Below are positions 34,789 to 45,004 of a stretch of DNA of 64,000 nt, piece after piece. The translations under genes and the position numbers were made by a program. Source of the stretch: a phage; the sequence record PZ445551.1; one strand, given 5' to 3'. Under the pieces are notes generated by a model. That model searched no databases and was not told where the DNA came from. It saw only the letters and a list, made by a program, of their open reading frames with translations. Each line of letters begins with the position of its first letter. Position 1 is the stretch's first letter.

Positions 34789-35778
34789 TTAAACTTTATT
34801 TTCCCACCACTCTTTGTTATCTACATACCAATCAATGGTTGAATAAAGTTTTTCTTCAAATGTGCCTTTAGCTTTCCACCCTAATTCCTTTTCAATCTTA
34901 TAAGGATTCACTTCATATCTTAGATCATGCCCAGGCCTATCTGTAACCATCTCAATGAGGCTACAAGCATCTGTTTCAGATGGATATACCGCATCCATAT
35001 AATCACAAATCATATAGATTACATCAATATTAGTTCTAGGGTTTCTGCTCCCAATATTATATGTTTCTCCAGATTTGCCTTTAGTTACTACTAGGTGTAA
35101 TGCTTCTGCGTGATCGTCAACGTATAGCCAGTCTCTTACTTGAAGACCATTACCATAAACAGGGATTGGTTTATTCATTAAGATATTTGTTATCGTCTTA
35201 GGTATTAGTTTTTCTGGATGATGATATGCTCCAAAATTATTTGAACAATTTGTTATAACTGTCGGAATACCATAAGTACGATGCCACGCTCTTACCAAAT
35301 GATCGCTTGCAGCTTTAGATGCAGCATATGGACTACTTGGTTTATAAGGATTCTGTTCTGTAAACGGATAATCCCCTTCTTCCAGATCACCATACACTTC
35401 ATCTGTTGAAATATGATGGAACATTTTAAGATTTGATTTATCTCCCATTAAACGAACAGCTTCTAGAAGATTAAATGTCCCAACAATATTTGAATTTATA
35501 AAAACACTCGGTGATGCTATTGAATTATCTACGTGACTCTCTGCTGCAAGATGCATTATATAATCTGGATTAACATCTGCCACAATCTTAGCAGTTAACT
35601 GCGCATTTGTCAAGTCAACACGACAAAACTTTACATTAGGTGTTTCTGATAAATTCCTAGGGTCTGAAGCGTAACCCCATTTATCTATAACGTAAATATC
35701 ATTCTTAGTATTTTTAGCTAGGAAACGAACTACCGCACTTCCAATAAAGCCTAAACCACCTGTTACTAAGTATTTCAT
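34789..35778 (-). CDS. rmlB: dTDP-glucose 4,6-dehydratase
   Basis: TGGLGFIGS Rossmann motif, SDR YxxxK region. Confidence 0.85.
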   Translation of the reverse strand: MKYLVTGGLGFIGSAVVRFLAKNTKNDIYVIDKWGYASDPRNLSETPNVKFCRVDLTNAQLTAKIVADVNPDYIMHLAAESHVDNSIASPSVFINSNIVGTFNLLEAVRLMGDKSNLKMFHHISTDEVYGDLEEGDYPFTEQNPYKPSSPYAASKAASDHLVRAWHRTYGIPTVITNCSNNFGAYHHPEKLIPKTITNILMNKPIPVYGNGLQVRDWLYVDDHAEALHLVVTKGKSGETYNIGSRNPRTNIDVIYMICDYMDAVYPSETDACSLIEMVTDRPGHDLRYEVNPYKIEKELGWKAKGTFEEKLYSTIDWYVDNKEWWENKV

Positions 35779-35972
35779 TTAGTCTCCTTCCAATTATTCC
35801 CTTCAGTAAAAATAATACCTTCATAAAACAACCATCTGGAACCTTTTTCAACAGGAACAGGAAGCTCTTCTTCAGTAAAGTTATAAACCTCTCTAGCATC
35901 TTCTAAAAGTGATGCAAATGTTTTTGGACTTACTGTTACGCGAGGAGCATTGATCAGTTGATCTAGCATCAT
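35775..35972 (-). CDS. hypothetical protein (65 aa)
   Basis: track ORF 35775..36065 trimmed to MMLDQ after strong RBS aaggagg. Confidence 0.45.
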   Translation of the reverse strand: MMLDQLINAPRVTVSPKTFASLLEDAREVYNFTEEELPVPVEKGSRWLFYEGIIFTEGNNWKETK

Positions 35973-35985
35973 TCTACTATCCTCC

Positions 35986-36312
35986 TTACCAAACGTGTTG
36001 AGAAATAATAGTTTCCGTTTCAATGTTATATTTTTCAAGAAGTTGTGCATAGGCTTCTTTTGCATTTTTATTTAGTTGCTCAAGATCTACAGCTACACTT
36101 CCTTCGCCACCTTCTAAATAAATGCCATATATGCAATAAGATTCATCAGCATCATAGAAAGGAGAGATACGACTTAAATCAAGACCTTCTTGTAAGAACC
36201 AGTTAAAGTCTCCATCAAATTCTTCTTCAATTCTAGGATCTTCTCCTACAGCTTCTTCCCATTTATTAAAAGGTGCGCCCTGTAACATACGCCATTCAAT
36301 ATTAGTCCCCAT
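35986..36312 (-). CDS. hypothetical acidic protein (108 aa)
   Basis: track ORF. Confidence 0.5.
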   Translation of the reverse strand: MGTNIEWRMLQGAPFNKWEEAVGEDPRIEEEFDGDFNWFLQEGLDLSRISPFYDADESYCIYGIYLEGGEGSVAVDLEQLNKNAKEAYAQLLEKYNIETETIISQHVW

Positions 36313-36442
36313 TATCTTCCTCTTCTTCTTCAGTATGAACGAAACCTAAACCGTTACAATTCCAACAAGGAATAAATTGTTCCATACTAACAATAAAATT
36401 CCCAGTACCACCGCAGATAGGACAAATACTTACATCATCCAT
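36302..36442 (-). CDS. small zinc-ribbon protein (46 aa), not in track
   Basis: ATG 36442 after RBS gaggag; CPICGG ... CWNCNG. Confidence 0.35.
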   Translation of the reverse strand: MDDVSICPICGGTGNFIVSMEQFIPCWNCNGLGFVHTEEEEEDNGD

Positions 36443-36444
36443 TA

Positions 36445-36651
36445 TTAAAGCTCCTCAATCTTTTCTAACATCTGTTTTAACTCATTCTCTGTTAACAGAA
36501 TTTCTGTGATACCATCATAAGTTTCTACCATCAGAGTAAAACATTTCTCTCCATCTGAACACACAAAAGCACCACCTTCATCTTCTGTTAAGTCAGAATT
36601 AATATCTACATCAACAAAATCAATCATCTTTTTCTCCTTTGATAATTTCAA
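36445..36651 (-). CDS. hypothetical acidic protein (68 aa)
   Basis: track ORF; start uncertain. Confidence 0.4.
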   Translation of the reverse strand: MKLSKEKKMIDFVDVDINSDLTEDEGGAFVCSDGEKCFTLMVETYDGITEILLTENELKQMLEKIEEL

Positions 36652-36838
36652 ACTTGGCTACACCATTAACTATAATGTGACCGCAAGACATAACTCCTAG
36701 CCAATGATCACCATTCTTTTTTAAACGTTTACCGTAAACATCACAGAAACCATTCTGTAATTCGGAAGCCTCATAAGAGGCTCCCTTTTCGAAAACGTCT
36801 TTGAAGTCAGAAATTAATCCAACACAAAGTAGTTTCAT
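36620..36838 (-). CDS. hypothetical protein (72 aa)
   Basis: track ORF. Confidence 0.45.
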   Translation of the reverse strand: MKLLCVGLISDFKDVFEKGASYEASELQNGFCDVYGKRLKKNGDHWLGVMSCGHIIVNGVAKFEIIKGEKDD

Positions 36839-37923
36839 TAAAAGTCTAACTCCTCGTCATCACTTACATCTTTATTTGCTGAATTCAGTTTGTAAGCTGT
36901 AATTTGGATCTCCTGTGCTGCTGCTTGAATTTGATCTGGATTTAACCAAACATCCATCCAAGGCAGTGGACTTTTCTTCGGTGCACGGAATTTGTGTTTC
37001 ATTTTCAGTCTGCGATAGATAGGCGCAGCATTGAAGTAAACCCAAAGTTTGAACAACTCTGCGTTACCACCAACGATAATCCTTCCTTCACTAAACAGAT
37101 AGTCACACCAATCTTCCTCTTGTCCAACTACCGTGTCAAGAATTTCTGTCAGAACGTCGATATTATCTTCGTATACTTTTCTCCAGACAGGATCTTTCAG
37201 CAGTGCATCAATAATAGCATAATCCATTTTAACGTGCAATAGTTCATCCAACATAATTTTTTGAATGAGTTTAGCTGCACCTACAAACAGTTGCTGCTCT
37301 GCTAAGGCAAATGTTGCAGCAAAAGATGATATGAATTGAATGCCTTCCAGACCGATAAGTGCAATCATTCCTTTCAGAATCAGTAGACGAAGGTTATCAT
37401 CCTTCTCAATCAGACCTAGAGCATATTTATGCCCTGCCTCTGCCAGATCACTCATTATCTCTTCAACTATACCCATCCTCTGGAAGATTCTTTCGTTCTC
37501 CATAATCTGATCGATAACTTCATTTGGATTAGGGATACACTGACGAATAATTTCAGAATATGTCAAAGCGTGTAAAACTTCCATTTCTGATTGCTTCATC
37601 ATCATTGCACATGCTTCGTTGTTGCTTAAAAATGGTGCAAACAAAGTGATGATTGATTTAGCAAGTGAATCATTTTCCCACTGGAAAGATAGGTTTTTGA
37701 TCATAACATCATAGTTGCTTTTAGAACAAGCTACGAAATCTTTTCGTGTCTGATCTAAGTTTACTTCGTTTTCATCCCAGTCTTGCTGTTTTTGTAGTTT
37801 GTACAGACGATGCATTTCTGGGTATGTTACATTAATAGAATCAAAAATACCTAACTGTTCTCCCAAAAACACAGGGTAGAAACCTTCTTTGTAAGTGTCG
37901 TTGTATAAGTTAATTGCTGCCAT
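36838..37923 (-). CDS. nrdB: ribonucleotide reductase class Ia beta subunit
   Basis: ferritin-like di-iron protein of the right size (361 aa), adjacent to nrdA. Confidence 0.85.
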   Translation of the reverse strand: MAAINLYNDTYKEGFYPVFLGEQLGIFDSINVTYPEMHRLYKLQKQQDWDENEVNLDQTRKDFVACSKSNYDVMIKNLSFQWENDSLAKSIITLFAPFLSNNEACAMMMKQSEMEVLHALTYSEIIRQCIPNPNEVIDQIMENERIFQRMGIVEEIMSDLAEAGHKYALGLIEKDDNLRLLILKGMIALIGLEGIQFISSFAATFALAEQQLFVGAAKLIQKIMLDELLHVKMDYAIIDALLKDPVWRKVYEDNIDVLTEILDTVVGQEEDWCDYLFSEGRIIVGGNAELFKLWVYFNAAPIYRRLKMKHKFRAPKKSPLPWMDVWLNPDQIQAAAQEIQITAYKLNSANKDVSDDEELDF

Positions 37924-37945
37924 TTAAAAATTCTCCTCAATAAAA

Positions 37946-37965
37946 AGGGGCCGAAACCCCTTGAT
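37946..37965 (-). terminator. rho-independent terminator
   Basis: GGGG-tttcgg-CCCC then TTTTT on minus strand. Confidence 0.5.
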
Positions 37966-37967
37966 GT

Positions 37968-38624
37968 TTAGCCTTGGAACACTGTTTTTGTTTCTGCCAA
38001 GTGATAGTATAAATCTGCCTTGTTTATAAGAGTGTTGTATACCTCTTGACAAAAATGTTCTTCCTCTTTGTAACGATTCGCTGTTTCCCTGATCGACTTG
38101 GCTTTATCTTTTAACCAAGCGAAGTGTGCCTCTTCCTCTGTAGCGAAATAGCCTAAATGCTTGCTTTTGCTTCCAGAAGTTTTGGCATAAATCTTGCCAT
38201 CTTTCCTAATATGCGCTCCGAGTAAGTATTTCCTTTTATGTCTCTTGGCATAACTTAAAAGTGTATTGATATAGGGAGGAACAAACCTACAATATTCAGG
38301 ACAATAGACAGTATTTCCCTCAAGAACAAGATCTTTGTCTAAAACAAAACCTTCGACATTGTGTTCTTGATACCAATTATCAAAATTTGAAAAAGTAAAC
38401 CAAGCATCACAGACGGTAACATCTTTATACCCTGGTCTAATATCTTCCATCTTATATGCACGATGAAACATGCCTTTCCAAGCTGCATAGGAAGGGTCTA
38501 TGAATGTGTTAACCCTTTTCCCGTTGACAACGCCACCTTCCCACAATCTACGTTCAACATCCACAATCAAGGGGATTTCTCCCCTCTCTGTGAGAACAGT
38601 AACTTTACGTTTACCCTTCTTCAC
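37968..38624 (-). CDS. putative homing endonuclease with AP2-like DNA-binding domain
   Basis: HLGYFATEEEAHFAW AP2-like motif; free-standing between nrdA and nrdB. Confidence 0.55.
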   Translation of the reverse strand: MKKGKRKVTVLTERGEIPLIVDVERRLWEGGVVNGKRVNTFIDPSYAAWKGMFHRAYKMEDIRPGYKDVTVCDAWFTFSNFDNWYQEHNVEGFVLDKDLVLEGNTVYCPEYCRFVPPYINTLLSYAKRHKRKYLLGAHIRKDGKIYAKTSGSKSKHLGYFATEEEAHFAWLKDKAKSIRETANRYKEEEHFCQEVYNTLINKADLYYHLAETKTVFQG

Positions 38625-38632
38625 CTGTCCTC

Positions 38633-40897
38633 CTACATTTTACAGGCGCTACACCCCTCGTCTTCAGAATCTTCTTGAGCGAGTGAGGATGCCGATTTTG
38701 TTCTGCTATTTAGATAGTACAAAGATTTACCACCAAGTTTTGCAAACTGAAGAATATATTGCATTTCTGATTTAATGGATAAACGACCACCTTCCATCTT
38801 AGAGTAGTCAATCCACTTATCACATGATGCACCTTGATCTAAGAATTTAGTCAACAGGCCATATGCTTCAGCCATATCTTTATCTGGCGTATCCCAAGCC
38901 GATTGGTAAATATCTTTTAGTTTATCGTAATCTGGCACAATAAACAGAACATTACCTTTTTGGCTTTGTTTATAAACTATAGTATCACGTACAGGATACA
39001 CAGAGTTAGTCGTATTACTTACAAGACTACTGGACTCATTTGGAGCAATAGCTGCTAATACGCTATTTCGGATACCACCTTGTGCAATGATATCTTGTCG
39101 TAAACCTTCCCAATCCATTTTAAGTTTAAAATTGCCAATATCGTCTACAGCTTTAGCGTAGGTGTCAATAGGCAACCATCCTTCAGGCCATTTGGTTTTA
39201 TGCATCCATTCTGCATTACCTTTCTCTTTTGCCAAACGAAGAGAAGCTCTTGCTAACCAATAATAATGTCTTTCTGCTAATTCGTGAATTAGTTTTTTGC
39301 CGTAAGGATCTGAATAAGTAACAAAATTACTTGCCAGATAATGTGCAAGGTTTGTAATACCTACACCGATAGACCTACGTGCTTTAGCAGTGATTTCGTT
39401 ATGTTTAAACGGATACTGCATTGTTTCAATAACATTATCAATAGTCAGAACGGTATAATATGCAACATCTTCATATTCTTCTGGTGTAACACGACCAGCT
39501 ACAATAGAAGACAGGAAGCATAATGCCAATTCTTGATCTTCTGTATTCTCACCTGTGAAAAGATCAGTCATATTGTGAAATGCTTTCGTAGGTAAGAAAA
39601 TTTCTTGGCACAAGTTTGACTGGTAAATAACATCCTTAAACGGAGTATGTTTATTAGCATTATCCGCAAAGAACATATAAATACGTCCTGTCTCTGCTCT
39701 TTGTGTAATAATTTCTGCCAGAAGATCTCGTGCTTTTACAAACTTCTTCTTAATTCGTTTGCGACTAACTTTTTCATATACTTCTTCAAACTCTTCCTCG
39801 CTTTTATAAAGCGCCTCATAGAGTTCTGGTGCTTCGTCATAACTGACTAGCATCCAATCTTTACCTTTTGCTGCACGGCGCAGGAAAGCATTGTTTACTA
39901 CAATAGAGTAATCAAGTTTATCTACTCGTTTTTCACTAACAGTAGTTGGGTTTTTCAAACGTACCAGATCTTCAAAATCAGGTTCTAGTATTGTAAACGT
40001 TACTGTTGCACTTCCACCACGGCTTGCTTGTTTTGATGCTCCAACACTTGTTTCCATCCATTTCAGATATGGTAAAAGACCACCGTGAACGATACGGTTG
40101 TTCTTAACACCTTGTCCTGTAGCACGGGTTTGGAGGTTAACACCAATACCTGCATTATTCAATGTATATTCATGAGCAAGATAGTTAGCAATTGCTAAAG
40201 ATTCTGCTGTATCATCTGCTCTAAACAGGCAACAAGAAGCACTACCTTTAATCTTAGTACGCAAAGTTGTTAAATAAGGTGATGGTAAGTTAATCTTAAG
40301 ATCACTTACGTAGGTATATAGACGTTTAATGTCTTCTACTCTGCGATCTTTTGGTTGAATTTCCATTACCTTCATTGCTACACCAATGAATAAAAACTGT
40401 GGTGATTCAAAAACAACATCATTGATCGCATCTTTCACAAGATACTTATCAACCATCTGGCGCAGTACGGAATAACCATAAGTTAGGTTTTTATCGTGAT
40501 TGACAATTTTACCAATCTCAATAATTTCTTCTTCTGTATAATCCATTTTTCCCCAATAGCCTTTACTTACAGCCATATTGTAGAAATCCAGGAGGGAGGG
40601 GATATTATGATATCCCCCATGAGCCTGTTTATAAATCATACCAAGAAGTAACCGACCTGCCATATCACTATATGCCTGATCTTTCTTATCAATACATGCT
40701 GCTATCATAGCTTTATGTAAATCACGAGTAGGCACACCGTCGTAACAACGTTTAACAGCTTCAAGTTCAATTTCAGACCAATTTAATTTACCAGCAGCAA
40801 ACTCTGACCATTTACGAAGTTTTTCTGGATTAAATTCTTCTTTCTTGCCGTTTGTTTTTGTTACATAACGGATAGATTTGCTTAGATACTGAGTCAC
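38633..40897 (-). CDS. nrdA: ribonucleotide reductase class Ia alpha subunit
   Basis: 754 aa; conserved RNR large-subunit core with catalytic Cys and C-terminal CSAC. Confidence 0.9.
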   Translation of the reverse strand: MTQYLSKSIRYVTKTNGKKEEFNPEKLRKWSEFAAGKLNWSEIELEAVKRCYDGVPTRDLHKAMIAACIDKKDQAYSDMAGRLLLGMIYKQAHGGYHNIPSLLDFYNMAVSKGYWGKMDYTEEEIIEIGKIVNHDKNLTYGYSVLRQMVDKYLVKDAINDVVFESPQFLFIGVAMKVMEIQPKDRRVEDIKRLYTYVSDLKINLPSPYLTTLRTKIKGSASCCLFRADDTAESLAIANYLAHEYTLNNAGIGVNLQTRATGQGVKNNRIVHGGLLPYLKWMETSVGASKQASRGGSATVTFTILEPDFEDLVRLKNPTTVSEKRVDKLDYSIVVNNAFLRRAAKGKDWMLVSYDEAPELYEALYKSEEEFEEVYEKVSRKRIKKKFVKARDLLAEIITQRAETGRIYMFFADNANKHTPFKDVIYQSNLCQEIFLPTKAFHNMTDLFTGENTEDQELALCFLSSIVAGRVTPEEYEDVAYYTVLTIDNVIETMQYPFKHNEITAKARRSIGVGITNLAHYLASNFVTYSDPYGKKLIHELAERHYYWLARASLRLAKEKGNAEWMHKTKWPEGWLPIDTYAKAVDDIGNFKLKMDWEGLRQDIIAQGGIRNSVLAAIAPNESSSLVSNTTNSVYPVRDTIVYKQSQKGNVLFIVPDYDKLKDIYQSAWDTPDKDMAEAYGLLTKFLDQGASCDKWIDYSKMEGGRLSIKSEMQYILQFAKLGGKSLYYLNSRTKSASSLAQEDSEDEGCSACKM

Positions 40898-40908
40898 TTC
40901 CTCTCCTA

Positions 40909-41169
40909 TTAATTATGCATATTTAGAACATCTACATCATAACCGCCACGCATCTCGTTATATAAGCCATTTGCGTATAGAAAACCTTCAAAATGATCTA
41001 TACCTTCAAAACCTTTTGCCTTTGCTTTGCGGTCTGCTTCTTGTCTTTTTGGAGATAATCTTTTAGATGTATCAAGGATAACTGTTACATTGCAACCTAA
41101 TGTTTCATCAAAATAGACTTCAATTTCACAGCCTTCATATTTATTACTTTCTGTCATTTGGCCTCTCAA
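40909..41169 (-). CDS. hypothetical protein (86 aa)
   Basis: track ORF. Confidence 0.5.
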   Translation of the reverse strand: MRGQMTESNKYEGCEIEVYFDETLGCNVTVILDTSKRLSPKRQEADRKAKAKGFEGIDHFEGFLYANGLYNEMRGGYDVDVLNMHN

Positions 41170-41580
41170 TTAGAATTCAGAATCATCATCTCGTGATGGA
41201 TCATGTTCATTTCCGAAGTCTTCCATTTTGATATGAGAGCTACCCCAACCTGTAAAATCTTCTTCTCCAAAGTGCAAAATATCCACACCTTGATAGATTC
41301 GTTTATATTTATAGTCTTGACGAACTGGGAAAGTATACAATGTAGTATTTGCAAACACCACACGTCGATTGTTGTTACTACGAATATTAACACCACGTTC
41401 TACTGTATAATGTCCATCGGTAGACATACCAAGCATTACTAATGCTGCTCGCAATGTAGTGTTATGATACTCGTGAGGAATTTTTCCTCCGTGCTTTTTA
41501 GCCATTTCTTTCCAGATCGGTGTAGCCTTAATGGTAGACATACTTACGGTCGCCCAAATGGTTGTATTAATTAGTGACAT
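41170..41580 (-). CDS. hypothetical protein (136 aa)
   Basis: track ORF. Confidence 0.5.
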   Translation of the reverse strand: MSLINTTIWATVSMSTIKATPIWKEMAKKHGGKIPHEYHNTTLRAALVMLGMSTDGHYTVERGVNIRSNNNRRVVFANTTLYTFPVRQDYKYKRIYQGVDILHFGEEDFTGWGSSHIKMEDFGNEHDPSRDDDSEF

Positions 41581-41677
41581 AAATTCTCCTTCTCTCTTTT
41601 AAGGAGAGCATAGCTCTCCTAACGTTAGCCTATACTACACGAATCTCAATTAAAAGTCAACTATAATTTTAAGTTGA

Positions 41678-42649
41678 TCACCATTTTGTATGGTTAGTCA
41701 AAAGTTGACGATGTTGAATCCAACCACAGAAGTTTCCACTCCACAAACGATGTTTACGATCCATATGTGTAATACCTTCTTCCCAAGAGGAAGGGAACGG
41801 AGGAATATTAATACCACCTTTCTGTTGTTTTAATCCTGACAAATCCATTTCTTTCATTGGCGTTGCCTGGTGTTCAAACGGAGATGCATGTACCTTTTGT
41901 CCAGACAGCAAACGAGAATAGATATCCAATGCTTTATCTTTAGTATCATTCAACTTACGATAACTTACCTGAGCGCAACAAGAAGCTGAAATAGCTTTTG
42001 CTTCATCTTCTGTCAACATTTTCTCGTTGGAGAAGGTTTCACCCAAGAAATAACGGATCATACCAGTTTCTGGATCTCGATCACGATTAACGTAAGGTGT
42101 ATGCCACTCCCCTGGGAAAAGAAGATATGGTTCAGAAGATTCATACAGTTTTTTAATTTCTTTAGCAAGAGCCTCAATAGTAGGATCTGCATCAGCATCT
42201 ACGCGCAACCACAAGAAGTTTTCTAATTCTGTAGTGGTTACTACAGTCTTCATACGCTGGAATGGTTCTAGTAGTCGGTTTGCAACCTGTTTATGATAAC
42301 CAGCAAGGGCAAACTCTTCTGCAAAACGTGCAGCACTTAGTGCAGCCAAGTCCCACCATTCTTTTGCAGTGTAACCTGCATCAATCAGGGCATCGTGATC
42401 TGTGCCTTTATCTTGCATACCTGGTTGGTTAGCACCAAAACGATAAGGACGTGCTGGAGATTGCCGTACCATTTCAATCAGGGTTTTAACAGGGATAGCT
42501 CGACTTGATGCGGCATTACGAGAAAACAAACGATGCGTCATCAACTCAGAGTGAATGATTCGAGGATATTCAAGTTCAAAGGTAACAATATCCTTACCTT
42601 CAGATGTTTGAGAGTGTGCAATAATTTTTGCTGAAATAGAATCTGTCAT
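41678..42649 (-). CDS. thyX: flavin-dependent thymidylate synthase
   Basis: ThyX signature HRLFSRNAASSRAIP (RHR...S motif). Confidence 0.85.
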   Translation of the reverse strand: MTDSISAKIIAHSQTSEGKDIVTFELEYPRIIHSELMTHRLFSRNAASSRAIPVKTLIEMVRQSPARPYRFGANQPGMQDKGTDHDALIDAGYTAKEWWDLAALSAARFAEEFALAGYHKQVANRLLEPFQRMKTVVTTTELENFLWLRVDADADPTIEALAKEIKKLYESSEPYLLFPGEWHTPYVNRDRDPETGMIRYFLGETFSNEKMLTEDEAKAISASCCAQVSYRKLNDTKDKALDIYSRLLSGQKVHASPFEHQATPMKEMDLSGLKQQKGGINIPPFPSSWEEGITHMDRKHRLWSGNFCGWIQHRQLLTNHTKW

Positions 42650-42658
42650 TGTTTCTCC

Positions 42659-43249
42659 TTAAGGTAGTAAAATACTTTCAATTTCTTCCCACTGATTATC
42701 TAAACCAGTGATAATTACATTAGGAAGTTTCTTTAACTCTTCCAAATATGGATCTTCGTAAATAGTGTTGAAATATATTTTCAACGTTTCATCTGGAAAC
42801 AGGACAAGATTTTCAGCCCTATCATCAATAGTTACGTCGCAAGGCAATAAGTATTTTTCTTTTGTTGCGAAAAAACCATTACCAGATGTTCTACTAAAAT
42901 CCACTTTATCTAAAGACCGTGTTACGTGTCTATATTTAGAACTAAGGTGTCCACCCTTAGTGTGGCTTGCTATAGATATATTAGCTCCATTTGCAATTAT
43001 ACGATGAACAACATCTGTACTATTAGGTACTACTCCCATAGTATCATATAGATGTTGGTTATCCCAAAAAGAGTAAGGATCAACACCAAATTGCTTTTTA
43101 AAATCAGGGAAATATTTCGTAATATCATAATGCACAGTTTTATGTGTATTATCAAATTTGATATTAGATCTACTTACCGCATTTAACCAATTTAACCACT
43201 CTATATCCGCAGGAGCTATTACTAAATCCCAATCACATACTAGACGCAT
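42659..43249 (-). CDS. HAD-family 5'(3')-deoxyribonucleotidase-like protein
   Basis: track ORF trimmed to MRLVCDWDLV after RBS aggag; DxDxV-like motif I and IDDR motif. Confidence 0.45.
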   Translation of the reverse strand: MRLVCDWDLVIAPADIEWLNWLNAVSRSNIKFDNTHKTVHYDITKYFPDFKKQFGVDPYSFWDNQHLYDTMGVVPNSTDVVHRIIANGANISIASHTKGGHLSSKYRHVTRSLDKVDFSRTSGNGFFATKEKYLLPCDVTIDDRAENLVLFPDETLKIYFNTIYEDPYLEELKKLPNVIITGLDNQWEEIESILLP

Positions 43250-43796
43250 TATTTCTCCTGTTATAACATTTTCTACACATTGTTTCGTAAATGTCTTCTC
43301 CCCCAATAACAATCTGTTCTTTAGAGTCGATAAGTCTAGCATTGAAAATAGCTTTTCTTCCACATTTACAAATGCTTTTCAATTCTGTAATTGAATCTGC
43401 TATGGCTAATAACCGTTCAGAACCTTCAAACAATTCTGTAGCAAAATCTGTTTTAAGTCCATAACAGAATACAGGAATATCGTAATTATCTACCACATCT
43501 CCAAGAATGTCAACCATATCTTTAGTTAGGAATTGTGATTCGTCCACAAATACTGCATCTACTGGATTTTCTTTAAGCTGTGTATAAATTTCCAGCATAT
43601 CTTCTTTTGTTTTAACTGGTTTTGCTTCCTCTTTAATACCTATCCTAGAAGCAATAGCACTACCAGATCTGGTATCTAAAGCTGAAGTTAAAAGAAGAAC
43701 TTTCATATTTCTTTCTTTATAGTTCCAAGCTGTTTGTAGAAGATGTGTGCTTTTACCACTGTTCATTGGACTATATCGGAAATAAAGTTTAGCCAT
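43233..43796 (-). CDS. tdk: thymidine kinase
   Basis: Walker A SPMNSGKST, CxxC zinc pairs in C-terminus. Confidence 0.85.
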   Translation of the reverse strand: MAKLYFRYSPMNSGKSTHLLQTAWNYKERNMKVLLLTSALDTRSGSAIASRIGIKEEAKPVKTKEDMLEIYTQLKENPVDAVFVDESQFLTKDMVDILGDVVDNYDIPVFCYGLKTDFATELFEGSERLLAIADSITELKSICKCGRKAIFNARLIDSKEQIVIGGEDIYETMCRKCYNRRNNASSM

Positions 43797-43841
43797 ATTT
43801 TCTCCTCTAACGCTCCCATTTGTGGGAGCGATAATACTTTA

Positions 43842-44417
43842 TTATTTCTCTTCGTCAAGAAGAATTTTTACTATCTGTTTTCTTCGCTTATTTACTGTAC
43901 TTTCTGGTGAAATTCCGCGCTTCGTTAGCCAATTTTTATCCTTTTTAGACTGGCACAAAGCTATCGCTTCCTTCTCCGCTTTTGCTTCCCTGAATGTCAT
44001 ATCGTGCTTGTCAGCATAAGCCAGGATAGCGTTACACTGCTTACAAACTACACGCAGGTCGTCTTCTGTTACATACAATAGGCGTAAAACAAAACTTGGG
44101 ATATCTTCATAACAGGTTAATGTACCTGCTGCATTAATATGGTCTACTTGAAAGTCTTTCATACCTCCTGTGTGTCCACACAATTCACATTTACAATTCC
44201 AAACCTGTTTCGGTTTGCCTGTTTTCTTATCTAAAACTATATTGCCATCTTTATCCAATCTATCGGCTTTAAATCGTACAGATTGGATCTTTTTTATCTT
44301 ATTCGGGTGTCTCACCCATGCTTTCCTTAAGCAACCCCTTAAATATGTATAAAAGGCTGCTTGAGTTTTCCAAGGTGTTCCATCTCCCCAAATAACTTTA
44401 GGTTCTTTATTTTCCAA
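43842..44417 (-). CDS. HNH endonuclease
   Basis: CKCELCGH...DHINA...CKQCN HNH/zinc motif. Confidence 0.65.
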   Translation of the reverse strand: MENKEPKVIWGDGTPWKTQAAFYTYLRGCLRKAWVRHPNKIKKIQSVRFKADRLDKDGNIVLDKKTGKPKQVWNCKCELCGHTGGMKDFQVDHINAAGTLTCYEDIPSFVLRLLYVTEDDLRVVCKQCNAILAYADKHDMTFREAKAEKEAIALCQSKKDKNWLTKRGISPESTVNKRRKQIVKILLDEEK

Positions 44418-44601
44418 TAGTGCTCACCTTTTTAGCTACATAATCTCCAGGTGGAATGTTATACTTAAAGAAAAGCATACGGTCTAAACCAGCCTTACAC
44501 ATGTTTTCTGGGATTGTGATTGTATATAAGAGTTTATCTCCACGTTTATTGTATATTTTATATACTTCACCCTCTCCGTATTGTTTACCGTGAGAAGCCA
44601 T
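44407..44601 (-). CDS. hypothetical protein (64 aa)
   Basis: track ORF. Confidence 0.45.
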   Translation of the reverse strand: MASHGKQYGEGEVYKIYNKRGDKLLYTITIPENMCKAGLDRMLFFKYNIPPGDYVAKKVSTIGK

Positions 44602-44986
44602 CTACACTCTCCTTCAATTGTTCAATAGCATCTGCTGCTTCAATGTACTTACCTTTATACATTGCTTTTAAAGCCTTACGAACAAGATCATCGTCTGTGT
44701 ATAAATCAATTAGCTGGTTAGCTAACTCAATTTTTACAGGGTTTTTTAGATTAGGGTAGGCTTCATACAACATATTGTAATACTTATCACTTAATTCTTT
44801 TTCAATATGAATAACGTGAATCGCTTTGTTTAGGTTGATCACACGATCACCTTTGTTTCGACAAGCATACTTAGCTAACTTAGTGAAACAAGGAGTTGCA
44901 CCAATTAGATATGCAAGTTCCAAAGGTTGCATACGCATACGTTTGTAGTGATCACCATCAATTTGAATATCCAGTGCTGTAGTCAT
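44585..44986 (-). CDS. hypothetical protein (133 aa)
   Basis: track ORF. Confidence 0.5.
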   Translation of the reverse strand: MTTALDIQIDGDHYKRMRMQPLELAYLIGATPCFTKLAKYACRNKGDRVINLNKAIHVIHIEKELSDKYYNMLYEAYPNLKNPVKIELANQLIDLYTDDDLVRKALKAMYKGKYIEAADAIEQLKESVDGFSR

Positions 44987-45004
44987 AAATCCTCCAAAAA
45001 TAAA

